Positions 38,646 through 50,820 of a stretch of DNA of 64,000 nt are shown here, in pieces. The first letter of the stretch is position 1. Each line of letters opens with the position of its first letter. Source of the stretch: Octopus bimaculoides (taxonomy: Eukaryota); NCBI RefSeq assembly GCF_001194135.2, contig NC_069003.1, forward strand, positions 26,595,106 to 26,659,105, in the 5' to 3' direction. The position numbers and the translations under genes were made by a program. The notes beneath the pieces were generated by a model. It saw only the letters and a program-made list of their open reading frames with translations. It was not told where the DNA came from and searched no databases.

Positions 38646-39243
38646 GTGCAGGCATGGTTGTGTGGTAAGAAGCTTGCTTCCCAACCACATAGTTCTGGGT
38701 TCAGTTCTACTGTGTGGCACCTTGGGCAAGTGTCTTCTACAATTAGTCTTGGGCTGACCAAAGCCTTGTGAGTGGATTTGGTAGACAGATACTGAAAGGA
38801 ATCCATCGCATATACTCTTTACTCTTTTACTTGTTTCAGTCATTTGACTGTGGCCATGCTGTAGTACCACCTTTAGATGAACAAATTGACCCCAGGATTT
38901 ATTCTTTGTAAGCCTAGTACTTATTCTATCGGTGTCTCTTTTGCCGAAACGCTAAATTACGGGGACGTAAACATACTAGCATTGGTTGTCAAGCGATGTT
39001 GGGGGAACAAACACAGACACACAAACATATACACACACACATACATATATATATATATACATACATACATACATATATACGACGGGCTTCTTTCAGTTTC
39101 CGTCTGCCAAATCCACTCACAAGGCTTTGGTTGGCCCGAGGCTATAGTAGAAGACACTTGCGCAAAGATTCACGCAGTGGGACTGAAACCGGAACCATGT
39201 GGTTTGTAAGCAAGCTTCTTACCATAGAGCCACTGCTATGCCT
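38646..39243. mobile_element. SINE A 5' half (+, 38646-38810) abutting a full SINE A (-, 38816-39243)
   Basis: Adjacent inverted copies. Confidence 0.75.
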
Positions 39244-40561
39244 ATATATANNNNNNNNNNNNNNNNNNNNNNNNNNNNNNNNNNNNNNNNNNNNNNNNNN
39301 NNNNNNNNNNNNNNNNNNNNNNNNNNNNNNNNNNNNNNNNNNNNNNNNNNNNNNNNNNNNNNNNNNNNNNNNNNNNNNNNNNNNNNNNNNNNNNNNNNNN
39401 NNNNNNNNNNNNNNNNNNNNNNNNNNNNNNNNNNNNNNNNNNNNNNNNNNNNNNNNNNNNNNNNNNNNNNNNNNNNNNNNNNNNNNNNNNNNNNNNNNNN
39501 NNNNNNNNNNNNNNNNNNNNNNNNNNNNNNNNNNNNNNNNNNNNNNNNNNNNNNNNNNNNNNNNNNNNNNNNNNNNNNNNNNNNNNNNNNNNNNNNNNNN
39601 NNNNNNNNNNNNNNNNNNNNNNNNNNNNNNNNNNNNNNNNNNNNNNNNNNNNNNNNNNNNNNNNNNNNNNNNNNNNNNNNNNNNNNNNNNNNNNNNNNNN
39701 NNNNNNNNNNNNNNNNNNNNNNNNNNNNNNNNNNNNNNNNNNNNNNNNNNNNNNNNNNNNNNNNNNNNNNNNNNNNNNNNNNNNNNNNNNNNNNNNNNNN
39801 NNNNNNNNNNNNNNNNNNNNNNNNNNNNNNNNNNNNNNNNNNNNNNNNNNNNNNNNNNNNNNNNNNNNNNNNNNNNNNNNNNNNNNNNNNNNNNNNNNNN
39901 NNNNNNNNNNNNNNNNNNNNNNNNNNNNNNNNNNNNNNNNNNNNNNNNNNNNNNNNNNNNNNNNNNNNNNNNNNNNNNGGCAGTGACGATAGTGGTGTTG
40001 GTGGTGGTGGTAGCTGAGGCAGTCAAGTATGACAGGTGATAGTAAGGGATGTGAAAGACAGTGGTGATGGTGGTGAAGGGGAAGGCGGCGAAGTCAAAGG
40101 TGTTGATGTTGGTGGCGTCAGAAGTCTGAATGGTATGTGTATGGCAGTGGTGGTGATGGTGATGGTTGGAAACAATCAAAAGAAAGAAAGAGAGAGAGAG
40201 AGAGAGGGAGTTGGTGTCTCCTTGTCTTGATAATGCGTGATTGTTGTAAATGAGTATCACTGTCATACAAGCAGTGCCTGTTTCCAAATATCTGTGGAAA
40301 CATGTCCAGGTTTGGGGGAAATATTTCCTTACTTGGAAACAGGTGAGGGTTGGCAACAGGGAGGGCATCCAGCCATGGAAAATCTCCCTCAACAAATTCC
40401 ATCTCAACCATGCAACCATGGAAAAGTGAACATTAAAAACAATACGATGATGACGATGAACTTTCTCTATGACTCCATGGTCTTTTGCCAACATAAGAAA
40501 TCATAGCTGTTTTTATTGAATAGCTGCAATTAGTTCTGATTGAATATATTATATAGTATGC

Positions 40562-40597
<36 letters not shown>

Positions 40598-40647
40598 TCT
40601 ACTTTACTTCAGTGTCAGCTAACACCACCACTCTAGAATGGATTCTA

Positions 40648-40876
40648 CTGGGTTGTCCGGAAAGTTTGTGCCGATTTTTTAAAGGAAAGAGAAAGGTCAA
40701 TAAATACTTGCCATTACATTTTTAATCAACCAAATATGAACCATTTTGTTGCACAATGCATCTCCATCTTTCCTTTAACTTAAAAATACCTTCTTCTCAG
40801 AATTGAGGTGGTTTCATGGCAAATAAGTCGAAAGGTAAGCTACTATAAATCGGCATGAACTTTCCGGACAACCCAA
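40648..40876 (-). mobile_element. Mariner deletion derivative (MITE)
   Basis: ~30-bp TIRs (C/T)TGGGTTGTCCGGAAAGTT..TGCCGATTT with TA on the left; internal transposase tail KPPQF*EEGIFKLKERWRCIVQQNGSYLVD*. Confidence 0.8.
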
Positions 40877-41452
40877 AACATATACACACACACATACATA
40901 TATACGACAGGTTTCTTTCAGTTTCCGTCTACCAAATCCATTCACAAGGCTTTGGTCGGCCCAAGACATTTTCCCCATCATCGCTCGACAACCGATGTTG
41001 GCATGTTTATGTTCACATAACTTAATCTACCAGCAAAAGAGACTGATAGATTAAGTACCAGGTTTACAAAGAAGAAGTCTTGGCGGGGGGGCGATTTGTT
41101 CGACTAAACGCCGTGCTCCAGCATGGCCGCAGTCAAATGACTGAAACAAGTAAAAGAATAAAAGAAGTACACCGAGAAAACCAATTTTTTATTGGTGCAC
41201 AACTGTGTCAGTCATTAGTTCATAGATGTGCAACAAAACTCCTTGACATTTTATAGTACATGGTACCATAAAAGACAAACCAAGAGAGAATGTCACAGGA
41301 TTTGTGAGTTTACAAATAACTTGAATGGCACTTATCACGTAATAGTTGCATGTATGTTGGTGTATGTACATCCATAGCTGCGCTGTTAAGAAGCTTAGTA
41401 ACAAATCAGTTGGTTTTTGGGTTGACTCTCACAGCACCTTGGATAAGGAGCT

Positions 41453-41686
41453 TCTTATTTCTTTATTGCCCACAAGGAACTAAACAGAGGGGACAAACAA
41501 GGACAGACAAAGGGGTTAAGTCGATTAGATCGACCCCAGTGCATAACTGGTACTTAATTTATCGACCCCAAAAGGATGAAAGGCAAAGTCAACCTCGGCG
41601 GAATTTGAACTCAGAACGTAACAGCAGACGAAATACCGCTAAGCATTTTGCCCGGCGTGCTAACGTTTCTGCCAGCTCACCGCCTT
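41453..41686 (-). mobile_element. SINE B, full length
   Basis: Head to tail match. Confidence 0.8.
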
Positions 41687-44058
41687 GGATAAGGAGTTTC
41701 TACTATAGTCTGTCCTGAGTTGACCAAAACCTCATGAGTGGATTTTGGTTGAAGGAAATCAAAAGAAGCTTGCTGTGTGTGTGATGTGTTCAAACATGTT
41801 TGTGTGTTTGTGCTTGCTTACATTTGCACTTCTCTAAGACTTGTTCAGCTCTAAGTAATGTTACAGTTTGTCCAGTCAAGAAATCCTCCACTAGTTTTTG
41901 CACCTTTGAAGATATGTGAAACAAGAGACTCCCTCACTTTGTGAGTTAGTGACAGGATGGGCATCCAGCTGTAAAACAATGCCTCAATAACATATTCATA
42001 TAAATTATGATAGCAAAGGAAAACAGAGGCAAAAATGCATGTGTGTGTGTGTGTCCACATGGTTTCAGGTCCAACCTCATTGCATAGTACCTTAGGCAAT
42101 TGTCTTCTGCTGGAAGACAAAGCCTTGTGTGTGGATTTATTAGATGAAAACTGTAAGAAGCCCATTGTATGCAAATGCGCACATACATATATGAGTATAT
42201 GTATGTGACATCATGTGGTAATTGTAAATAACTATTGCTGTTGTACAAGCAATGGCCATCATTTCCAAACCTCTGTGAAAATATGCCTGGCCATGGGAAA
42301 TATTATCTTGCATGGTGAGAGTTGGTGACAGGAAGGGCATCCAGCCACAGAAAACTTGCCTCAATGAACTCTGTCTGACCCAACACACATACACACATTG
42401 CAAAGTGTAGAAAGGCATCTATAGAGACCAAACTAAAGCAGACACTAGAACATTATAGAGCACTTCTTACATCCATTGAATTCTAATCAAACCATCCAAC
42501 CAATGCTGTCATGGAACATAGGCATTTAAACAATGATGATGGAGGCAGTATATCTGGGTAATTTATTCTTTAAATGATTCTATGTCCTTACAACACCCTA
42601 TTCACAATATTTTACATTTAATCAAGTGGTTCCTCCATCACTATTTTAACAAATACAGTGAAGTCTATGCATTGCTAATGAGGTCAAAATAAGACCAAAC
42701 CATGCACAAAATTGTCTCCCATATTTGCTGACTTAATTAAAACAATATTAGCATTTCTGATAAGTTATTCAATGCTCACTGTCTTCCGTAATGTTAACAC
42801 AAGCAAAACAATTTCACAGACAGACAGATAAGGCATTGTGTCTAAGTAAGAAATACTAGATGTTAGATGTACTGTTACTGCCAGTAAGTGAAGTTTAAGT
42901 AGACATTTGATACAGAGACAACAACTGATGTTAGGTGGTACATTGCTGATTTTGAACACCCAGATATGTAACACTTCACAGTCTAACGTAAGGACCGCCC
43001 GAGCCTGGCAATGTTTGATGTAGATTCACTTGTATGACAAGATGACAGAAATAGCAACCTATTTTCCTACAAATTACACCTGACTGTCTTAAAAATGGAT
43101 GGACACATTAGATAATGTAGCTTTTTCTTTTCTTTCTTTTTTATTTGTTTCAGTCAATATATATGACGGGTTTCTTTCAGTTTCCGTCTACCAAATTCAC
43201 TCACAAGGCTTTGGTTGGCCCAAGGCTATATATAGTAGAAGACACTTGCCCAAGATGCCAGGCAGTGGGACTGAACCCAGAACCATGTAGCTGAATGGAA
43301 GAAAACCCTGAAATATCGAGGCCTGACAGTGAACTATCTCTTCCAGCCTGTGACGTTTGAGACGTTTAGAGGGACTGGGCCACTAACTGTGAAGTTTTGT
43401 GTCAGCTCGCCTCACCGAGGTGTCAGGTGATGCCTGTGAGGTTGCTAGGCGTTCCCAATGCCTTAGCCTCACTCGTGGTAAAGCTGCGAGCATGCTCTGT
43501 AGGTTCCATTAAACCTTGTGGTGTGCGACCAGTTGCTGTGATAGAAAAAAAAAAAAAACCCCTCCCTACAAATGGTTTCAATACAGTTTTAATAGAAAGA
43601 TTTGGAAGAATTTAAAAGAAAGCTCTCCGGTAATTTTCTTCCATGTAAATAAATGTTTATATTTATTAAAAAATTTGCCAGCAAAATCTTATAAAATGAC
43701 AATGTTCTGAAAGTTGTACATGTTTATAACAATTTAAAAATTAGATGTTATAATTAAATTTTATGAGGAATCATATTAAAAAAAATTGTCAAAATATCTT
43801 GTGTAATGTAGAAGTATAACCAATTTACTGATTTCAAATTTTGACACAAGGCCAGTAATTCCAGGTAGGGTATATTACTTGAAGATTTGGCTGCAATTTC
43901 TAGCAGTTGAAGCAACCACTTAGAGGCACCCTTGTTTGTGTAATGTAATTAAACAAACAAACACGACTGGAATGCCTCGGACAGGGTTAATCGGGGGAGG
44001 GGGGGCTAAACAACATTAACTCTAAATTTGGCAAACTGTAAGTGTACATTAATGCAGA

Positions 44059-44078
44059 AATCGGGAAAGTTCTCGATA
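44059..44078. promoter_or_regulatory. HSE-like motif, copy 1
   Basis: aATCg gGAAa gTTCt cGATa. Confidence 0.4.
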
Positions 44079-44280
44079 TGAAAATAACTTGTAGAATATT
44101 CCAAGGACCTATGAATTCTTAAAAGTAAAATACTGAGAATCAGCATAGCAATGTGACAAGGCTGGACATTTAAATTACAGGTATAAGCAATTCGACAGGC
44201 TTCCACACAGTTTCCATCAACTTTATTTCACTCACAATCTTTGGTTTGATCCCAGGCAATGATAAAAGACACTTACTCAA

Positions 44281-44691
44281 GGCGCAGGAGTGGCTGTGTG
44301 GTAAGTAGCTTGCTTACTAACCACATGGTTCTGGGTTCAGTCCCACTGCGTGGCACCTTGGGCAAGTGTCTTCTACTATAGCCTCGGGCCGACCAAAGCC
44401 TTGTGAGTGGATTTGGTAGACGGAAACTGAAAGAAGCCCGTCGTAAATATATATATATATATATGTATGTATGTGTGTGTATATGTTTGTGTGTCAGTAT
44501 TTGTCCTCCCAACTTCGCTTGACAGCCGTTGCTGGTGTGTTTACGTCCCCGTAACTTAGCGGTTCGGCAAAAAGAGACCGATAGAATAAGTACTAGGTTT
44601 ACAAAGAACAAGTCCTCGGGTCGATCTGCTCGACTAAAGGCGGTGCCCCAGCATGGCCGCAGTCAAATGACTGGAACAAGTAAAAGAGTAA
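44281..44691 (+). mobile_element. SINE A, full length, near consensus
   Basis: Head to tail match with CpGs retained. Confidence 0.85.
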
Positions 44692-45749
44692 AGGTGCCAT
44701 ACGATGCCTTAACTGTCTGGCCATGCGAGATGGTTAAGGAGAGATATTAAACAGGATAATTACTAATGAGGAAAAGAGAGAAAGAGATTAATCAATTAAT
44801 CCAATTTATTGAATAACCTTGGGATAAATACAGCTGAAGTTGATAGAGAAGTGCGTGTGTTAGGGGGTGGTGTGTGTTGTATTGTTTATCATGTGTGCTA
44901 CGTGTGTTGTGTATGGTCTTGTGCTTAATGTAGTGTGACGTGTATGTGTTTTGTGATAGTTAGGGTATAGGAGGGGACGGAAAAAGACGAATTTTCAAAA
45001 ATACTTTAAAACACAATAAATTTAAGTATATGTGGAGACATTCATGTCTTTCTCAACATCATAAAGATGGATACGATAGCATCTAATTTCAATAAGGCTT
45101 CTTTCTACCGCATAGATTCAGGAAGAACTGGGGGTAGTGGATGAGCCATTTTTAATTCGCAGTTGCAGCCATTATCTCTTCTGTTAGAAAAAAACCCCAA
45201 CAAAAACTCGACACTCCATTCAGTCCGTAACCTAAAGTAACTGGTAAATTTAAATTTACTGAGTAATCAAACAAACAACATACACCATCGTAGATGTCTC
45301 TACATAGTTCGACATAGTAGAAACAGTATCTAAACCTTTCTTCAGATAATACTTTACAACCCGAAAAGAGTGAAAGATACACAACATTCTGTCGTCCTAG
45401 ATATGGCATACCTACACAAATGTGCCCCGAAGGTTTTGTTTGCTCGTAACTTTCAGATGGTGTAGTATATGATCATATCGGAAGTTGTGAAAAATTTTTT
45501 TTACAGAGGGAGAGGTGGGGTTTCGGATAATCCACACAAATCGACTTTGTTTCCTCACAATTTTCAGAAAAATGGATATTCTTTTGATGAAATGTCTTAC
45601 AGATACTATTCTGATCCATATATATATATTTTAATTTTCAAAGTCTGGTACTTATTATATCGGATCCTTTAGTTGAACTGCTAAAGTACGGAGATGTAAA
45701 TAAACCAACACCAGTTATTAAGCGTTTGGGACAGGGGACACACACAGAC

Positions 45750-45814
<65 letters not shown>

Positions 45815-46041
45815 TATATACTATACATGCGCAAATACACGTCAGATTTCCACATATTTTCCGTCTACTAAATTTCAATCACAAGGCATTAGTTGGCCCA
45901 GGGTTATATAGTAGAAGACACTTGCCTAATGTGGTCCGCAGCGGGACTGAACCGAAACCACGTGGGTGCAAGTAATTTCTTAATTACGTATGCACACACA
46001 CAAACACACATTAATTAACGTGACTGATGTAAGAAGATGCG

Positions 46042-46056
46042 AGAAAGTTCTCGACG
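46042..46056. promoter_or_regulatory. HSE-like motif, copy 2
   Basis: aGAAa gTTCt cGACg. Confidence 0.4.
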
Positions 46057-46450
46057 GATCGACCGATTTTTCATTGCCAGGTGAAACGGTTTTCACTTGT
46101 ATCGCTTACGTCCTCATGATGGACGGGTACAACAGCTTATACCCAAGGTACAAGAACTATAAGTAGGCATTAAACACATTTATTGTAAGGTCACACAACT
46201 TTGTAGTAACGTTATGAACATCACGTCCTTAACGAGGGTATCGCTAAGCGGTCGCTCTAAACTGCTGGAAATCAAAACCAAATCTTCAAGTAACATACTC
46301 TACCGTCACAGGGTAATGCGGTTCTGGGTTCGCCACACATGAGTAAAGGACGGAACGGTCACGATTGGAATGTCTCGATCAGGGTTAACCAGGGGCTTAA
46401 CAACAATAACACTAAATTTGACAAACTATGTAAGTATACATTAATGTGGA

Positions 46451-46470
46451 AATCTGGAAAGTTCTCGATA
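46451..46470. promoter_or_regulatory. HSE-like motif, copy 3
   Basis: aATCt gGAAa gTTCt cGATa. Confidence 0.4.
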
Positions 46471-46655
46471 TGTAAATAACCGAAAGCAATAGAAACTGCA
46501 CACCAAATACTAACATCTCGTTGTAGTTAGGATGGTAGGTGCGAGGGTTAACCTTAAAATTAGTTATTAAAAATCTAAAGCAAACTAAAAGCTAAATGCA
46601 TTAACGGCTGTTTAAGAATTTGTTTCTTCATTCATTCGGCGGATTGTGAATTAAC

Positions 46656-46721
46656 TTTTGATTTCCGTTCTCTTTCTCTCTGTTTTTCAGTCAGAGCTAG
46701 TGAAGTCCATGATAAAGTAAG
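46656..46721 (-). other. Candidate 66-nt cassette exon (LTLSWTSLALTEKQRERERKSK)
   Basis: Long polypyrimidine, AG-free tract ending TACAG|; weak donor AAA|GTTAAT; phase 0-0. Confidence 0.3.
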
Positions 46722-47031
46722 CTGTATACGAATGGTAAGAGGGAAAAAGAAGAATAGATGGAGAAAAGGGAAAAAGAAAGTAGAGAGAGAGAGAGAGAAA
46801 TGGAAGGAGACGTGAGATAAGACAGATATATAAAGAATCGGAAAGAGAAAGAGAAAGATCGCCAAGAAACAATTAGAAATTATACAACAAAAAACGAAAT
46901 TATAATCAAATCAAATTACAAAAATGAAAAAAGAAAAAAGAAAAATTTTCAATTCTCGACAAATTCTTTGATTTTATAAATGAAAATAAATAGATAAAAC
47001 AGTTATAAAATCAATGTTTAAATCAAGTTAC

Positions 47032-47640
47032 CCAACCCAACCCAACCTCCTCCCGTAAAAGGTTCAGCGGCAAATATTAAGCATTACGAATATGAGAAAG
47101 AGAGAGAGAGAGAGATGGAGTGGGAGAGAGAGAGAGAGAGAGAGATGGGGTGGGAGAGAGAGAGAGAGATCTAACGCTATGGGAAGAGCGCTTGCTTGGT
47201 TGTACATGGTGCTCACTGGCCGCGGCTGCTGATTTATATACACTCGAGCAGAACAGACAGACACAACACAAACACTACTACATCAATCTCCAACTACCCA
47301 GCACCGCGCCGCAACCACCACAACCGGTCTCCGCACACATTGATTTCTTTTATCACTACTGCTACAATTGTTGTGGTTATGATTGTTGTTGTTGTGGTTG
47401 TTGTTGTTGTTGTATTAACAGCGTGGTTTCTTCTCGATGGAGGCGAATAGCCAAATATAGTAACCAGGCGTTCTGTTACTGTCAGGAACCGAGGAGCGAA
47501 AATGATAACATTTCTACATCGTAGTTCAGAGCTGCTTGCCTGCTGATGTTCGTTTCGGGGTGCTTAATGGAATGGAGAGACCACTGCGAAGTTCTGAGGG
47601 GTGGCTTTAACTACAGGCAAACACGGAATATTGAACTGCA
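47032..47640 (-). promoter_or_regulatory. Candidate internal promoter and alternative first exon
   Basis: Non-repetitive, CpG-enriched segment with TATATAAAT (47232-47240, minus strand), a (GA)n tract at 47095-47170 and donor TGG|GTAACT at 47031. Confidence 0.3.
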
Positions 47641-48599
47641 CATACTAACACTACACATACACATTAACACACACACACACTTATAGGTAATCTGTGTAAG
47701 TGTGTGTGTGCAAGATCTAATAACACATCATGGGCATATACACCATAAAGAGGAAGACTAGATTGAGTAAATTAAATTGTAATGTCGCTTCTCGTAAAAT
47801 CATTTACTCACATACACTCTGTGGGTGTACACGCATTACGCGACCTGTGTACGAGAACGTGCATCCCCCGCAGAGCGGCCACACTAAAGTGACCACAAGT
47901 AATATGGACAGGTCGCGGTTTCAAAGCGACGAAGATATTTTGACACAAATGAAATTTAAATGTTGAAGCGAATCTAACGGTTTTTTTTTTTGTGTTCTTA
48001 AATGGCTTATAAACATCTTCCACGCTGCAGTTGTATATATGTATATATATGCCCTGCCTTGGCCTCTCTTAGATCTGGCGGAACCCGTCCTTTTTCATGA
48101 CTGCTTTTAGAAAAAAGACAGAGAGCTTTATAGCTTTTACTTGTTTTAGTTACTGGACTGCGGTCATATTGGGACACTGCCTTGAAGGGTGTAGTCAAAC
48201 AAATCGATTCCATTACTTTTTTTTTCAAGTCTGGTACTTATTTTATTGATTTTTGTTGTTGTTGTTGCCAGATCGCTGTTACAAGGCGTAAACAAACCAA
48301 CATCGGTAGTCAAGCGGCAAGAGGGGACTAACATATACTATGTATGTATGTATGTATGTATTCTTACAAGCGATGGGCTTTCACATAGTTTCCAGCTACC
48401 AAATTCACTCACAAGGAATTGGTCGGCCCAGGGCTATAGTAGAAGACACTTATCGAAAGTGCCGTGCCATGGAACTGAATTCAAAACCACATAGCTAAAC
48501 AATCTTCTTAACCCGAAAGCTATGCCTGCGTAATATCTCATCATCATAATCACCATGTATGTATATATATAACATGAAATTAATGAAAATCAGGAGAAC

Positions 48600-48847
48600 A
48601 GAGATTTGCACGTCCATATTTTATTATAGAATTATTTACATCATTCTTCACGCGGACCTACGCACGTTTCGGCTGCAATTGCTACATATTGTTAAGTGTG
48701 CATGTTGGTGTTGTCGGTGCAGCTTCTTCAGGGTCCGTTGTTTACTGCTGTTTGAAGACCATCTGAAGAAAACTATGGGACTGACCGAATTGGAGTCCTA
48801 AAGGATGATGTAAATAACTATAATAAAATATGGATGTGCAAATTTCG
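48600..48847. mobile_element. Penelope-like pseudo-LTR remnant bounded by ~48-bp inverted repeats
   Basis: 48600-48650 is the near reverse complement of 48799-48847. It encloses the hammerhead and a decayed CTGAAGA...CGAA...GTC motif on the opposite strand. Confidence 0.55.
48653..48737 (-). ncRNA. Type I hammerhead ribozyme (minimal-helix-III, Penelope-type)
   Basis: Minus strand: CGGACC-CUGAAGA-A-GCUGCA-(40 nt)-UGCAGC-C-GAAA-CG-UG-CG-UA|GGUCCG. Helix I is 6 bp, helix II 6 bp and helix III 3 bp; the core is intact with a GUA cleavage triplet. Confidence 0.8.
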
Positions 48848-48869
48848 ATCACACCTTTGATGATGTAGT

Positions 48870-49185
48870 CTTGACTGGCACTCCATCGGTTATGATGATG
48901 AGGGTTCAAGGTGATTCAATCAGCGGAACAGCCGGCTTGTGAAATTAACATGCAAGTGGTTGAGTACTCCAGACACGCGTGCCCTTAATGTAGTTCTTAG
49001 GGAGATTCAGTGTGGCACAGAATGTGACAAGACTGGCCCCTTTGAATTACTCATTTTTGCCAGCAGAGTGCACTGGAGTAACACGAAATAAAGTGTCTAG
49101 CTCAAGGACACAACCTGCTGCCAGGAATTGAACTCACAACCTTACGATCATGAGCCAAATACTCTAACCATTAAACCATACAGTT
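48870..49185 (-). mobile_element. SINE C
   Basis: Family match. Confidence 0.7.
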
Positions 49186-49298
49186 TCACAATGTATGATG
49201 GGCATGGCCGGAACATCTTAGGTCATAGGTTTGCTTGATCACGACTTAACCTGCGCAAAACAACAACAACAACAAATATTTAAAAGTTAAAGGTTATT

Positions 49299-49672
49299 GG
49301 CGCAGGAGTGGCTGTGTGGTAAGTAGCATGCTTACCAACCACATGGTTCCAGGTTCAGTCCCACTGCGTGGCATCTTGGGCAAGTGTCTTCTACTATAGC
49401 CTCCGGCCGACCAAAGCCTTGTGAGTGGATTTGGTAGACAGAAACTGAAAGAAGCCCGTGGTATATATGTATATATATGTGTTTGTCACCCCAACATCGC
49501 TTGACAACCAATGCTGGTGTGTTTACGTCCCCGTAACATAGCGGTTCAGCAAAAGATACCGATAGAATAAGTACTAGGCTTACAAAGAATAAGTCCTGGG
49601 GTTGATTAGCTCGACTAAAAAGGAGGTGCTCCAGCATGGCCACAGTCAAATGACTGAAACAAGTAAAAGAGT
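49299..49672 (+). mobile_element. SINE A, full length
   Basis: Head to tail match. Confidence 0.8.
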
Positions 49673-50090
49673 GAACACTATGATAACTTTGGTTTATATC
49701 TGTTCCAAGATGAGAGACAGAGAGGTGGAGAAGAGACAGACAGACAGAGAGGGTGGGAGAGAGACAGACATTGAAAATTGGTACATACAAAACTGTTTTA
49801 TCTGCATTCTATATCTCAACAGGAATTTATATGGAATTTATTATTTTGAGGTAGAGTTATTTAATCGAGGGAGGCGCATCCATACTAATAACCATTTCAG
49901 TTTTCATCCCCTCACTCCAGAGAAGTCAGTGTCCATAGCCTTTCATTTCAATGCAGAGAGGGAAGTGCCGACATCCTTTCCAGGTACCCACCTTCCAGTC
50001 TAGAGAGACCCGTGGCAGTTGAAGTACTGTCATTATGCCCTATGGTCACTGTAATTCTGAAGGGTTTCAATTAATTTGAAAAAAATGATT

Positions 50091-50489
50091 GGCTGTGTGG
50101 TAAGAAGTTTGCTTCCCAACCACATGGTTCCAGGTTCAGTCCCACTGTGTGGCGCCTTGGACAAGTATCTTCTACTATAGCTTTGGGTGGACCGAAGCCT
50201 TGTGAGTGGATTTGGGAGAGAGAAACTTAAAGAAGCCCATGGTATATATATATCTATGGCTGTGTGTGTCTTTTTGTCTGTGTTTGTCTCCAGCCATAGC
50301 TTGATAACTGGTGTTGGTGTGTTTACATCCCCATAACGTAACGGTCCAGGAAAAGAGACCAATAGAATAAGTACCAGGTTCACAAAATCTAATAAGTACT
50401 GGGGTCAATAAGTTCCACTAAAAACCCTTCAAGGTGGTGCACCAGCATGGTCGCAGTCTAATGACTGAAATAAGTAAAAGATAAAAGAC
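50091..50489 (+). mobile_element. SINE A variant
   Basis: Head to tail match with a variant 3' part. Confidence 0.7.
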
Positions 50490-50514
50490 ATACAAAATAC
50501 ACACACAAACATCT

Positions 50515-50551
<37 letters not shown>

Positions 50552-50569
50552 AACATATATATATATATG

Positions 50570-50820
50570 AAGGTGCACGGCTCAGTGGTTAGAGCGTCGA
50601 GCTTATGATCGTGAGGTTGTGAGTTCGATTCCCTGACCGGGCTGCATGTTGTATTCTTGAGCAAGATACTTTATTTCACATTGCTCCAGTTAACTCAGCT
50701 GTAGAAATGAGTTGCGACGTCACAGGTGCCAAGTTGTATTGGCCTTTGCCTTTCCCTTGGACAACATCGGTGGCATGGAGAGGGGAGGCCGGTATGCATG
50801 GGCGACTGGTGGCCTTCCAC
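50570..50820 (+). mobile_element. SINE C variant (related copy at 35865-36060)
   Basis: GGCTCAGTGG / GAGTTCGATTCCC boxes; different 3' body. Confidence 0.7.

Noticed and set aside
44281-44360. tRNA-like heads with A/B boxes throughout the window
   Set aside because: They continue directly into SINE bodies and do not form complete cloverleafs; they are not tRNA genes.
46691-46716. Plus-strand 26-nt exon-like segment (TTTTTCAG|...|GTAAGC)
   Set aside because: It is isolated, with no plus-strand partner exons nearby, and its pyrimidine tract is the complement of the purine-rich minus-strand candidate exon. Not excluded, but unsupported.
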